From Candidatus Saccharimonadales bacterium (GTDB taxonomy: Bacteria > Patescibacteriota > Saccharimonadia > QS-5-54-17), in assembly GCA_040876925.1 (NCBI GenBank), contig JBBDOS010000011.1:1-54812 (forward strand): 54,812 nt of DNA, in the 5' to 3' direction. Of the stretch, positions 37,453 through 48,763 are shown in pieces. The notes beneath the pieces are model-generated. The model worked only from the letters and a program-made list of their open reading frames with translations. It searched no databases and was not told the origin of the DNA. How positions within the stretch are numbered: position 1 is the first letter of the stretch; each line of letters begins with the position of its first letter. Position numbers and translations under genes: made by a program.

Positions 37453-38172
37453 ATGAAGCTCATAATTCCAGCTATATTTGAGTCTTTCCCTGAGGTAGCA
37501 GCGGCCATGAGCTTACGTGATCAACAAGCCCCATCTCAGCTAAACATGAGCCTAAAGACTGGTGATAATCAGCGTGTGACTGAGAATCTGAAAAACTTCT
37601 GCTTAGAGGTAGGTATTAAATATCCTAGATTAGCTATCCCTGAACAAGATCATACTGATATAGTGCATGTCTTGCGGTCTGAATACCACCCGCACCTAGG
37701 AGACGGTATAATTACCAATGAACCTGGTTGGCTAGTAGGAGTTAGGGTAGCTGATTGCATACCGCTACTACTATATGACCCAGATACTAGTAGCTATGGA
37801 GCTATTCATTCAGGTTGGCGAGGTAGCGCCGCCAATATTACCGCTACAGCAGTTCATAAAATGATGAAAGAATTCCAGGTCAATCCTGAAAATATCTATG
37901 CCTGGATTGGCCCTAGTGCAGATGGCGCCTCTTATGAGGTAGGTCAGGATGTATTTGAACAGTTTAACCCTAAATACTCTCAAAATATTGGTGGAGGTAA
38001 ATGGTTATTTGATAATAAAGCAGTAGTTTATGATCAATTGGTTGATAGTGGTTTGTTACCAGAGAAAATAGAGGTGTCTTCTCTCGATAGTATTACCAAT
38101 CAAGAACTGCACTCTTACCGCCGGGATAATGATAAAAGTGGCAGAATGCTAGCTGCTATAGGCGTTGTTTAA
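37453..38172 (+). CDS. pgeF: PgeF/YfiH (FAMIN-like purine nucleoside enzyme / peptidoglycan editing factor)
   Basis: Q.H, DG..T, ADC.P, HSGWRG, GPS....YEVG, SYRR...GRM. Confidence 0.92.
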   Translation: MKLIIPAIFESFPEVAAAMSLRDQQAPSQLNMSLKTGDNQRVTENLKNFCLEVGIKYPRLAIPEQDHTDIVHVLRSEYHPHLGDGIITNEPGWLVGVRVADCIPLLLYDPDTSSYGAIHSGWRGSAANITATAVHKMMKEFQVNPENIYAWIGPSADGASYEVGQDVFEQFNPKYSQNIGGGKWLFDNKAVVYDQLVDSGLLPEKIEVSSLDSITNQELHSYRRDNDKSGRMLAAIGVV

Positions 38173-39193
38173 ACTTCTCGATTATATCTACTTCCATAGG
38201 GTTAACTCCGTGTAATATACCTAGGTATATACTGACGAATTCACCCAAGGCACTAGCCCAAAGCAGCTGCTCTATTATATTTTGACCCTTTAAGTCTATC
38301 TCGATAGCTGCTGGCATGCGGCCGGATAATAGATTGTTCATCTCATCAAAACGTTTATTAATTTTATCGCTATCTAAATGCGATCTAAGTTCAACTACTG
38401 CAAATGGTTTCTCTACCGGATGTGATGTCCAGCCAATTAATTCATTATGGTTTAGCTCTGGTATGACGTTATAACTTGCGATAGTCTTGGCATTTTCGTT
38501 AAAGCTAATCTTCCACTTATAGCTGGCGCTACTAAATTGATCACTGGCATAGACCCAGATAGCCTTACCCATTAATTCTTCAGCTATCTGTTTGGCTAAG
38601 TTCTTATCTGTTGTAATCTCTTTGTGCCAATCACTTACCGAGGTTAATAACAGGTTCTTAGCAGACTCTATCTCAGCAGCAGCTCCTTTAACTATATTTA
38701 GGCCTGCAAAGATATCAGCTAGTATCCTAACCCCTGAAAACATAGCCATCCGAGGCTGATAACCTGACTCCATCTTGATTAACGTCTGCTTATTTTCACT
38801 AGCTAGTTTCCCTAGCTCTCCACCACTAGTAACTACCACTAACTTGGCGTTTACTTTGATAGCTTGATTAAAACAACTAATAGTTTCTTCGGTATTACCG
38901 GAGTAACTAGAACATATTATCAAACTATGACTACCTACATAAGCTGGTAGGTTATGTCCTCTAATAACTTCAAAAGGTACATCTAGGGAATCCTGCCACC
39001 AGTTCTGACAGATACTAGCAGCTAGGGCTGAGCCTCCCATACCACAAACTACTACATTCTCAATATCTTCTTTATTAAAATCTAGATTAAATTCTAGCTT
39101 GGCGTCTAGCTGAGAAGGAATTTTTAGTGCTATATCCAAAGCACCATTTGAATCAAATCTTTGTATATAATCTACTTTATCCAGTATCGACAT
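38156..39193 (-). CDS. Bifunctional phosphoglucose/phosphomannose isomerase
   Basis: GMGGSAL, SYSGNTEET, QPR, WK..FNENAK, PELNHNE. Confidence 0.93.
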   Translation of the reverse strand: MSILDKVDYIQRFDSNGALDIALKIPSQLDAKLEFNLDFNKEDIENVVVCGMGGSALAASICQNWWQDSLDVPFEVIRGHNLPAYVGSHSLIICSSYSGNTEETISCFNQAIKVNAKLVVVTSGGELGKLASENKQTLIKMESGYQPRMAMFSGVRILADIFAGLNIVKGAAAEIESAKNLLLTSVSDWHKEITTDKNLAKQIAEELMGKAIWVYASDQFSSASYKWKISFNENAKTIASYNVIPELNHNELIGWTSHPVEKPFAVVELRSHLDSDKINKRFDEMNNLLSGRMPAAIEIDLKGQNIIEQLLWASALGEFVSIYLGILHGVNPMEVDIIEKFKQRL

Positions 39194-39277
39194 AGTATCT
39201 AGTATAAACTAACTCTTTTAAAATTGCTCACTATAAATTTAGACTAATGTTTGAAGTTATTACTTTAAAACCCCTTT

Positions 39278-39310
39278 AAATAAGACAACCGCCTTCTGGC
39301 GGTCTTATTT
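39278..39310. terminator. Intrinsic terminator, probably ending the 39365-39607 transcript
   Basis: AAATAAG..ACCGCC-ttct-GGCGGT-CTTATTT. Confidence 0.7.
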
Positions 39311-39364
39311 ATTGATCGTCTTAATTGCAATAAAAAAGTGATTTTGTTGCTAAATTATATTGAT

Positions 39365-39607
39365 TTAAATACTAGCTATAGCGATATTGCCGGCAAATCT
39401 AGGTGTGGGTCTTTCCCATCTGTCTTCTGTTTGAGCTTCCCTATTAGATATAATTTGACGATTTTCTGCTACCATTTCATCAATTCTATCTTGAGGTATA
39501 CCCTTGTCTCTAGCTTCTCGCTCAAACAAACGCATAGCAGCTTCTGTGTGACATGTATCGTCAATAACTAAATCACTTGAGTTACGATGTTCACCATTAA
39601 ATGGCAT
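39365..39607 (-). CDS. Small hypothetical protein (80 aa)
   Basis: ATG start, upstream TTGACA, downstream terminator, protein-like charged composition. Confidence 0.55.
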   Translation of the reverse strand: MPFNGEHRNSSDLVIDDTCHTEAAMRLFEREARDKGIPQDRIDEMVAENRQIISNREAQTEDRWERPTPRFAGNIAIASI

Positions 39608-39770
39608 GTCTTTATTTCTATTTTTAGTTTATTTTAAAGTAAGAGGTCGACCTTTTTATGATAATTAAAGAAACCTCTTACTATATAAGTAACTACTTTG
39701 TTGAATATTTGTCAAGACCTGAGACTAAATATAGAATCTACTATAGATTCGCCTTATATCAGCTAATTTG

Positions 39771-39929
39771 CTAATTAGTTCCATTGTTAATAGATTCATT
39801 CGAATGTGTTTTTCTGGCTTGGTGCCAATTAGCTAGTATCTCTGCTGCCTCTTCTTCAGTAATTATCGTAGGCTCCCCATTAGTATCCACTAATTCTATG
39901 CCGTTTTCTCCATAGATAATCTCACTCAT
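39771..39929 (-). CDS. Small hypothetical protein (52 aa), absent from the ORF track
   Basis: Manual translation MSEIIYGENGIELVDTNGEPTIITEEEAAEILANWHQARKTHSNESINNGTN*; hairpin GAATCTA-cta-TAGATTC follows. Confidence 0.5.
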   Translation of the reverse strand: MSEIIYGENGIELVDTNGEPTIITEEEAAEILANWHQARKTHSNESINNGTN

Positions 39930-40007
39930 TAATAAATATTTTGCTCTTTGTCGTTTGCAAAAGCAAGTATTTATTGCCCAAGATATAGTCTATAAAATCA
40001 GCTAGGC

Positions 40008-41699
<1,692 letters not shown>

Positions 41700-41734
41700 T
41701 TAAAAATCTAAATTATTATTAAATAATCTTAAGA

Positions 41735-41998
41735 TTATTTAGCAACTGCTAAGACGTCTTCCTCTTTAATAATTAGATATTCTTCACCATCTATCTTAAC
41801 TTCCGTTGTGCCGAATTTAGGATAGATTATGGTATCACCCTTCTTAACCTCTTCAACATCCTTACCTACCTCTACAACTTTGGCCATTTGTGGTTTTTCT
41901 TTGGCGTCTTGTGGTAGGTAAAAGCCTGAATCAGTCTTATCGCTAGCCTCTAGGGCTTGGGCTACTATTCGATCAGCTAGTGGTTGAATTTTTCCCAT
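41735..41998 (-). CDS. groS: Co-chaperonin GroES
   Basis: PLADRIV, T.SG.YLP..AKEKPQ, E.DVLA. Confidence 0.98.
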   Translation of the reverse strand: MGKIQPLADRIVAQALEASDKTDSGFYLPQDAKEKPQMAKVVEVGKDVEEVKKGDTIIYPKFGTTEVKIDGEEYLIIKEEDVLAVAK

Positions 41999-42067
41999 AG
42001 TTTAATATTCCTCCTTGTCTTACTTATCAATCTTCTTGTAAAACACTCTTCTTTTTGAGAGTCTGTT

Positions 42068-42094
42068 TTAGCACTCATTGCATAAGAGTGCTAA
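42068..42094. promoter_or_regulatory. CIRCE element (HrcA operator)
   Basis: Exact TTAGCACTC-N9-GAGTGCTAA upstream of groES; TTGACA on the minus strand at 42132-42137. Confidence 0.97.
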
Positions 42095-42168
42095 TGAACT
42101 AGTTAATATAGTAGCCGTTTTGATATATCAGTGTCAATACGAAAAGATGAAAATCTTTAAACTCATTG

Positions 42169-43530
42169 CTATATATTTTTTAGTTCTTTGGTTATTTTTG
42201 CTTTTAGATTATCTAGCTGCTCACTTGTCCTAGCTTCAATATTGAGCCTGAGTAATGGTTCAGTATTACTAGCTCTTAGATTAAACCACCAGTCTTGATA
42301 ATTAACACTTAGTCCATCAAGCCAGTCTTGATCACCATCGCTAAAGTTTTTAGCTATCTTTTCTATAATCAACTGCTTGTCTTCATCGCCCTTTAATTCA
42401 AAATTAATTTCTCCTGATTGAACATAAGCTTTTCTGTAATGACTAGCTAGCTCAGACAACTTAGAACCAAATTCACTTAATATACTCAATGATACAATGG
42501 CAGCAATCAACCCAGAATCTGCAAAGTAGTTGTCGCTGAAATAGTAATGAGCCGAATGCTCTCCGCCAAACGGTGCATCATACTCTCTCATAGCTGATTT
42601 GATATAGGAGTGTCCTACTCTAGTTCGTACTGGCGTGCCGCCATATTCTTTAATGGTTTCAGATACTATTCTAGAACAAATAGCATTATGCAATATATGA
42701 GCACCTGGATGTTTATCTAGAAAATATCTAGCTAGTATAGCTGTGGTTATACTACCAGATAAACTTTCTCCCCGTTCATCAACTAGCACCATTCTATCGC
42801 CATCACCATCAAAAGCTATACCTAAATCTAGATTATTGCTAACAACTACTTTTTTCAGCTCCTCTAAAGTCTCTTCCTTTAAGGGATTGGCCTCGTGATT
42901 AGGAAAAGACCCATCTAAATCAAGATAGAGCGGGGTGATATCTAGATCTGTTTTCTCGTCCAAATAAGGAACGACTAATCCGGCCATACCATTACCAGCA
43001 TCAACCGCTATCTTGAAAGGTTTAATGTTATTAGCAAAACTAAGAGCGTGATTAATCCACTCTGGGATAATATCGTAACTTTTGAGCTGGCCTTTAGTTT
43101 GACTATCAGGAATGTTTTCAGCTACTACCATATCTCTTACTTCCATTAAACCTGATTCAATACCAAACCCTCTAGCTTCCTGGCCGCAGAACTTAATACC
43201 GTTATATTTACCGGGATTGTGAGAAGCCGTCACTACTGCTCCACCAGCTGCACCTAAATGCCCGACAGCAAAATACAACATATCTGTAGCTACTTGGCCG
43301 ATATCTATAACGTCGCTGCCTTGAGATCTAATGCCTTCTATTAAAGAGACAGCTAAGCTCTGGGAATCGCTACGCATATCATAGCCAACTACAATAGGTT
43401 CGCTACTACCCTCTTTTTTAATCTGCTCAGCAAAAGCCTTACCAATTAGCAGAGCTACTTCTTCATTAATTTCATCTGGCACTAGACCGCGTACGTCGTA
43501 AGCTTTGAAAATGTCTTGGGATATATTCAT
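42169..43530 (-). CDS. Phosphomannomutase/phosphoglucomutase
   Basis: FKAYDVRG, TASHNP, FDGDGDR, GEHSAH, R.SNTEP. Confidence 0.95.
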   Translation of the reverse strand: MNISQDIFKAYDVRGLVPDEINEEVALLIGKAFAEQIKKEGSSEPIVVGYDMRSDSQSLAVSLIEGIRSQGSDVIDIGQVATDMLYFAVGHLGAAGGAVVTASHNPGKYNGIKFCGQEARGFGIESGLMEVRDMVVAENIPDSQTKGQLKSYDIIPEWINHALSFANNIKPFKIAVDAGNGMAGLVVPYLDEKTDLDITPLYLDLDGSFPNHEANPLKEETLEELKKVVVSNNLDLGIAFDGDGDRMVLVDERGESLSGSITTAILARYFLDKHPGAHILHNAICSRIVSETIKEYGGTPVRTRVGHSYIKSAMREYDAPFGGEHSAHYYFSDNYFADSGLIAAIVSLSILSEFGSKLSELASHYRKAYVQSGEINFELKGDEDKQLIIEKIAKNFSDGDQDWLDGLSVNYQDWWFNLRASNTEPLLRLNIEARTSEQLDNLKAKITKELKNI

Positions 43531-43652
43531 AAGTTTTTATATATTAATTGTATCTCATTTAAGTTGCTACTATGACTTTAGCACAAGCTAAAGGTTGGCA
43601 GTAAATTGTCATTGACAATCTATGGTATATTTAACTAGAATTAACCCATTGT

Positions 43653-44096
43653 TTGGAAAGTCCAAGCATGGGTAGGATCGGGAGATCTATGCCAAAGATT
43701 GAAATCGACGAAGTCGAGGTAGACTGCGAAGACAGCAGTCATCTTCTCATCACCTTTCAGGGGGGGTGTGATGATCAGGCGTTACGTAACGCTGAGAGTA
43801 TGCAAAGGGGGCTTCATGAGCTGATTGGCTCGGACAACATCAAGGACATTGTCCTTCACGTTGTCCGCTACGACGGAAGCTTCTTGGCCACAGCAAAGAT
43901 CGAAATCGCTGATGGCGGCAGTATCAGCAAGGCATCTCGGGACGTTAGATATGCCCTCTGTGACATCTGGGATGTTGGACCCAATGAAATTCACATCACC
44001 AGAAGGTGTCAAGAGGCCATGGAGTGGGATTCCAGGGTTAGGATGTACGATCTTGATGCTGCTACTGCAGTTCATAGCCTCGTCGCCGCCGATTAA
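43653..44096 (+). CDS. Hypothetical protein, GC-richer than its surroundings; start more likely ATG 43668 or 43689
   Basis: Open frame, GGGAG before ATG 43689, upstream TTGACA/TGgTATATT, downstream stem-loop. Confidence 0.55.
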   Translation: MESPSMGRIGRSMPKIEIDEVEVDCEDSSHLLITFQGGCDDQALRNAESMQRGLHELIGSDNIKDIVLHVVRYDGSFLATAKIEIADGGSISKASRDVRYALCDIWDVGPNEIHITRRCQEAMEWDSRVRMYDLDAATAVHSLVAAD

Positions 44097-44121
44097 ACTT
44101 ATCGGCGCTAACTAGCGCTTA

Positions 44122-44194
44122 GCCCGAGTGGTTATCTGTGGGATCGCAATTTGATCACACACTTCCCCAAACCACTCGGGCATTCTTCTTTTTT
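44122..44194 (+). terminator. Large-loop stem-loop followed by a T-rich tract
   Basis: GCCCGAGTGGTT (44122-44133) pairs with AACCACTCGGGC (44170-44181), then ATTCTTCTTTTTT. Confidence 0.65.
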
Positions 44195-44269
44195 ATGAGT
44201 ATTTTTTAATAATTTTCAACATCTTTAAAACTTGCATATTAGTTATATTTATATTATAATATATATCTT

Positions 44270-44617
44270 ATGTCAGAATATTATCCGACCCATGACACAC
44301 CGACTGAAAGCCCTTATGAAACGGGGCTTAATTTTGATGATTTTTATAACCGCCGAGAACCATTAACTAGTGATGAAGTTGAAACATTAGCCACAGAGGT
44401 TATTGGTACTAGAGATGAACCTAAGCTAATAAAAGGACAGCAAGTCGTTCTCCCTGGGGAGAAAGTCTATGTTGTAGAACATATTGACCATAATGGTCGA
44501 GGTATTATGTTAGCCCCCCAAGAAGATCAACTTTCACTCTATGGACATGAACAAATGTTAGATATATCTTTTAAAGCATTCTTCGAAAAAATATTTAATA
44601 TACCAGCCAAACAATAA
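44270..44617 (+). CDS. Hypothetical protein
   Basis: 115-aa ORF preceded by TTGCAT...TATAAT promoter-like sequence. Confidence 0.6.
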   Translation: MSEYYPTHDTPTESPYETGLNFDDFYNRREPLTSDEVETLATEVIGTRDEPKLIKGQQVVLPGEKVYVVEHIDHNGRGIMLAPQEDQLSLYGHEQMLDISFKAFFEKIFNIPAKQ

Positions 44618-44623
44618 ATTTAG

Positions 44624-45649
44624 CTATTTTAATCTACCGTATTTTTTATCAAGCTGCTTAGAGTAGTCTTCTGGTATCTTTATTTCTCCTCTACTAAACT
44701 TTTGTTCTAGTAAGGTAATGTCACTGCGTAGATTTCTGGCATCTTGATCTACTTCTTTAGGTCTAGTACTTAAGAAAGCCTTTCCTAGTCGCTGACGTCT
44801 ACTTTTTGACTCTTCTGATATCTCATAGCTTCTATTGGCGACTCCTCTGCCTTTCGAGCTAAGATGATTGTACCAAACAGGATTATCGACTTGATTGAAA
44901 GACTTAGCCCCAAGATCAATTTTAATAGGTGGCCTCATCCAGTGCCAAGATTCAAACTCAGCTCTAGGAAAGGTATCTCTAAGTTGCTTCACTGCCAGCC
45001 GTTTAGTAATACCGGTAACGCCTACTTCATCAATTACTAAAACTTTTTGGCCATCTAGCACGGTGTCTATATCGCTACCTAGATCTATATCCGAATCATC
45101 AATTCCTTTATCTGACGGTAAGTGCTCCACAAATGTTGAGCGCAAGCTTCTTTGGGCTACATCTCCCATGGTGTGTTTGCCGTTCCATTGAGGTAATCCG
45201 TTGATGAAATCAACATCTTCTCTATCCACCCAATCATCTTTATCAATATTTAGAAAACTCATCGACGGCATTTTCATCTGCTCACCTGTCTCTGGATCAT
45301 CTTCAGCAAAATGATTCCAGAATTTACGCACCATCCAAGCTACGGGTCTGGCTGACTTATCCAAGAATATTACTCTATCTACTTTGTCTTCAGGATCACC
45401 AAAACCACATATGCGTTTAATTGTTCTCTCCGTTAGATAAATATATCTAATCTGCAGATCTTCAGCTGTCTCGCCTCGCATATAGCCATGGTTGAGTATC
45501 TGAAACTGCTCTTCTTCATCTGAGATAACCTCATCCTTATTAGGTTGAGCCTTATCAACACCTGCACCCTCAAGCGCTAATGCCCCAACCAAAGGTTCTT
45601 GGTCTACTGTAATAATGTTGCCGCGATTATCAGATATTGTTTCTAGCAT
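44624..45649 (-). CDS. Hypothetical protein with phosphoribosyltransferase-like motifs
   Basis: VIFLDKSARP and LDGQKVLVIDEVGVTG.T, resembling the PRPP-binding loop. Confidence 0.6.
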   Translation of the reverse strand: MLETISDNRGNIITVDQEPLVGALALEGAGVDKAQPNKDEVISDEEEQFQILNHGYMRGETAEDLQIRYIYLTERTIKRICGFGDPEDKVDRVIFLDKSARPVAWMVRKFWNHFAEDDPETGEQMKMPSMSFLNIDKDDWVDREDVDFINGLPQWNGKHTMGDVAQRSLRSTFVEHLPSDKGIDDSDIDLGSDIDTVLDGQKVLVIDEVGVTGITKRLAVKQLRDTFPRAEFESWHWMRPPIKIDLGAKSFNQVDNPVWYNHLSSKGRGVANRSYEISEESKSRRQRLGKAFLSTRPKEVDQDARNLRSDITLLEQKFSRGEIKIPEDYSKQLDKKYGRLK

Positions 45650-45820
45650 GGTTTTTTACTTTTATAAATATAAAAATCTACTTATATACTTTTACCATAT
45701 TTATAGCATAAAAGCAAGGGCGGTAGAGGGCTGCATTAAGTAGATTTACTAAGCAGTACTCTTAAATAAGTCACTAGGGTGTTTTTTCTATAGGCTGTAT
45801 TACTGAATATATTTAGGGTA

Positions 45821-46096
45821 TTGTTTAGTTATAGGGTTTTATATATGAGTACCGAAAGATTCTATAGAGATGAGTTAAGAAACATTGCTGATCAAGAAGC
45901 TGCGGATGCTGTAGTCGATAGAGAAAAAGCTAACCAATCTGATGATGAAGAAAAAATAGATGAAGAAGATAGTTTCAGTGAAGCTTTAATAGAGGTTTTA
46001 CCTGAAGGTACCAAAGTGCAAATAAGGCAAGATGGCACCAAAGTTTTTGCTATAGCAGATCCAGAAGATGAAGAAGACTCTCCGGATAAAGATTAG
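45821..46096 (+). CDS. Small acidic hypothetical protein; likely start ATG 45845
   Basis: Very D/E-rich open frame. Confidence 0.55.
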   Translation: MFSYRVLYMSTERFYRDELRNIADQEAADAVVDREKANQSDDEEKIDEEDSFSEALIEVLPEGTKVQIRQDGTKVFAIADPEDEEDSPDKD

Positions 46097-46103
46097 TAAA
46101 TCT

Positions 46104-47333
46104 TTAAGCTGCTAATAACCGGTCTTGAAATAGTTCTATAGTAGATCGTAGTATCGCTACTTCGTCTTTATCTAGTGGCTGGTTGCGATACTCCTTACGA
46201 ATACCTCTGGCTGAGGTGGCTAATGACTCAAGTAAGCTATCGGGGTCATTGTAGGCAAAACCAACCATTTCTATTTCTGGCAAGTACATCTCCTCGACGC
46301 CTTTACCTAGTTTTAGCTGCATAGGACGTAGACTTTGCTGCTGGTTCTTTATATCTATAACCATTAAATCAAAACCGTGCTTAGGCATTTGCTTAGTAGC
46401 TCTTTTAAAAGATGGGTCTTGTTTTTTAATATTCTTAAAAAACCAAGGTTCTTCTTCTCTGGGCATAGCCGAACGTATGAAAGTATTTTGGTGCATATCT
46501 CGCTTATCTATCAATCTTCTATAGGCTACTAGAGAAAACCACTCTAGGCTTAAACCTCTAGCGTTATACAGGTTACCAACTAATTTCTTAGTAAGTTCAC
46601 TGCGTCGAGAGTTATTTGCAGTACGTTCTATTTCGGCTTTTAAATACTCTTGCTGATTTTTTATTTGTCCTAGATATTGCAAGAATTCGTCTATATAAAC
46701 TAGCTGCAAATCCTCATGCATTAATCTTGCCTTATCAGCATCAATCCCATTATCGCTAAGGGCATCAAATAGACGTTGATACTGGATATCATAGCTGTAT
46801 CTTAGGGCTCTTTGAGAGTTAAAATTAGAAGTTTTTGGCTGAGATTCTAATACTAAATTGTATGAAGACATGGCTCTATTGAGCATAGAAGCCCTAAAAC
46901 TTCCCTGACTTACTAGTCCAGCTTCATGGAATAAGCAACCAGCTATTAGCATCTCGTAAGCTCCGCTATCTTCACTTCTTTCTAGACTAGCTTCGCCTCT
47001 TCTCTGCATGATTATACCGGCTTTAGACAGAGCTTCTTCACCACCCTGCAGAGAGTTAAGACTACCTAACCTAAAATAGAAGCTCTTAGCTTCTGTTGAG
47101 GCATCGATACCCACTCGGTTCCAACCATCTTCTATCCTCTCCTCCATCCTAGCTCTAGATTTATCGGTATGAGTAGCGACATCTTTAACTAGTCCATTAG
47201 ATTTAACTAATTCACTGTGATCCTGAACAAAATCAGGCCAATACTCTTGATACGAAAAAGCGGCCTGTTTGGCCGCCTGATCGACTGAATCAGCTACTGA
47301 TGTCTCGTTTTTGTTTGGATTTATATTTTCCAA
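46104..47333 (-). CDS. Hypothetical protein with possible C-terminal PD-(D/E)xK nuclease fold
   Basis: 409-aa ORF, GAGG SD before TTG; G..LE, HGFDLMV, MQLK motif series. Confidence 0.55.
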   Translation of the reverse strand: MENINPNKNETSVADSVDQAAKQAAFSYQEYWPDFVQDHSELVKSNGLVKDVATHTDKSRARMEERIEDGWNRVGIDASTEAKSFYFRLGSLNSLQGGEEALSKAGIIMQRRGEASLERSEDSGAYEMLIAGCLFHEAGLVSQGSFRASMLNRAMSSYNLVLESQPKTSNFNSQRALRYSYDIQYQRLFDALSDNGIDADKARLMHEDLQLVYIDEFLQYLGQIKNQQEYLKAEIERTANNSRRSELTKKLVGNLYNARGLSLEWFSLVAYRRLIDKRDMHQNTFIRSAMPREEEPWFFKNIKKQDPSFKRATKQMPKHGFDLMVIDIKNQQQSLRPMQLKLGKGVEEMYLPEIEMVGFAYNDPDSLLESLATSARGIRKEYRNQPLDKDEVAILRSTIELFQDRLLAA

Positions 47334-47402
47334 TCAACACCTCTTGCTTTTTAAAAGCATAAGACATTTTAGACTATCGTGCAAGTTCTATGAAAAGTAA
47401 AT

Positions 47403-48734
47403 CTATTTCATCTTCTCTAGTAGGGTTTTAGCCATCTGCCTATCGTCCCACTCTATGCGCTTACCCTTACCGACTCGACGATATTTCTGATGCCCTAGAC
47501 ACAGAAGAATTACTACGTCTTCATCGGCTGCCATGGCAAAAGCCTTTTCTAAAGCCTCAAATCTATCAGCTATCTCTAAAGTTTTAGCATGATCTTGAGA
47601 AACAGCTGCATCATAGATAGTTTTTCTAATACTAGCTGGGTCCTCATCCATCGGCTCATCATCAGTAACTATCACCTTATCCGCCAAACGTCCAGCTTCC
47701 TCCCCTAGTCCTTGGTAGTCATGGGTTGGAGCCCCGCCAAATACCGCTATAACATTGCCTTTGGTAATATCCCTTAGATTCTCTAAGACATTCTTGAAAG
47801 CGTCTGGTGTATGAGCGTAATCAACTATGACGCCAAACTTCTGTCCGGCTTCTATCGACTCCATGCGTCCAGGCACGCCTGTGAGATACTCTAGGCCCTC
47901 TTTAACCTGCTCATGGTCTAGCTCTAGGCCAAAAGCTACTGTTGCAGCTGCTAAGCCGTTGTAGACATTAAATTTACCCGGCAATTGCAAGTCTAGCTCC
48001 ATAATTCTTTCTCCATAGCGGAACCTAATATGTGAGCTATGGGTTTTTAAATCCATTTTCTCTAATCTCACATCTGAGTCTTTGTTGGTGCCGTAGGAAT
48101 AAACGGCATGGAAGGCGCTGTCTTTAAAATATTGATACCACTGATCGTCATGATTTAAAACAGCTGCTTGTTTGGCTTTTTTAAACAGCTTGGCCTTGGC
48201 TTCGGCATAGGAGTCCATATCACCGTGATAGTCTAAGTGGTCAGGTGAGAGATTAGTCATCACAGCTATATCAAAGTTGATAGCAGCTATCCGGTTTTGG
48301 TGCAGGGCATGTGAAGTCACTTCTAATACCACCCAGTCTACCCTTTCTTTGAGCATGCGCTTTAATAACTTCTGCAAGGCCCAGGGATTAGTTACGGTGG
48401 CATTTAAATCATTATCCCACTCTTCATCACCTAGACGAAAGTTAGCTGTAGTAGATGCCCCTACCTTGTATCCAGCCGCTCCTAAAACACTGGTAATGTA
48501 GTTGATACTGGTAGTTTTACCGTTAGTACCGGTTACGCCAATTACCTTAAGACGTAAGCCTGGAAAGCCATTAATAGCAGCGGCCACCCAAGCTTCTAGA
48601 CTATGGCCTAGTACGTTAGTCTGACGGTAAAAGCCCTCCCCTAAGAGTTTCTTTAACAATTTAGCGATTAATCTAATAACATTATTCACTACTAATAGAC
48701 TAGCATAATTTGGGCTCTTTTTATTGAAAAGCAA
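47403..48734 (-). CDS. murE: MurE-family UDP-MurNAc-peptide ligase; likely start GTG 48689
   Basis: GVTGTNGKTT, LEVTSH.L.Q.R, TNL..DHLDYH, GVPGRME, VDYAHTPD. Confidence 0.9.
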   Translation of the reverse strand: MLFNKKSPNYASLLVVNNVIRLIAKLLKKLLGEGFYRQTNVLGHSLEAWVAAAINGFPGLRLKVIGVTGTNGKTTSINYITSVLGAAGYKVGASTTANFRLGDEEWDNDLNATVTNPWALQKLLKRMLKERVDWVVLEVTSHALHQNRIAAINFDIAVMTNLSPDHLDYHGDMDSYAEAKAKLFKKAKQAAVLNHDDQWYQYFKDSAFHAVYSYGTNKDSDVRLEKMDLKTHSSHIRFRYGERIMELDLQLPGKFNVYNGLAAATVAFGLELDHEQVKEGLEYLTGVPGRMESIEAGQKFGVIVDYAHTPDAFKNVLENLRDITKGNVIAVFGGAPTHDYQGLGEEAGRLADKVIVTDDEPMDEDPASIRKTIYDAAVSQDHAKTLEIADRFEALEKAFAMAADEDVVILLCLGHQKYRRVGKGKRIEWDDRQMAKTLLEKMK

Positions 48735-48763
48735 ACCTTTACTATTGCAGCTGCTTAAATATA

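Noticed and set aside
39338-39571. 77-aa + strand ORF
   Set aside because: Antisense to 39365-39607, which has better promoter and terminator support
43782-44115. Overlapping alternative ORFs 43782-44075 (-) and 43825-44115 (+)
   Set aside because: Explained by locally high GC and few stop codons; the 43653-44096 frame has the SD, promoter and terminator context
44097-44194. Integron attC site
   Set aside because: No properly placed RYYYAAC...GTTRRRY pair enclosing the stem, and no integrase in the window
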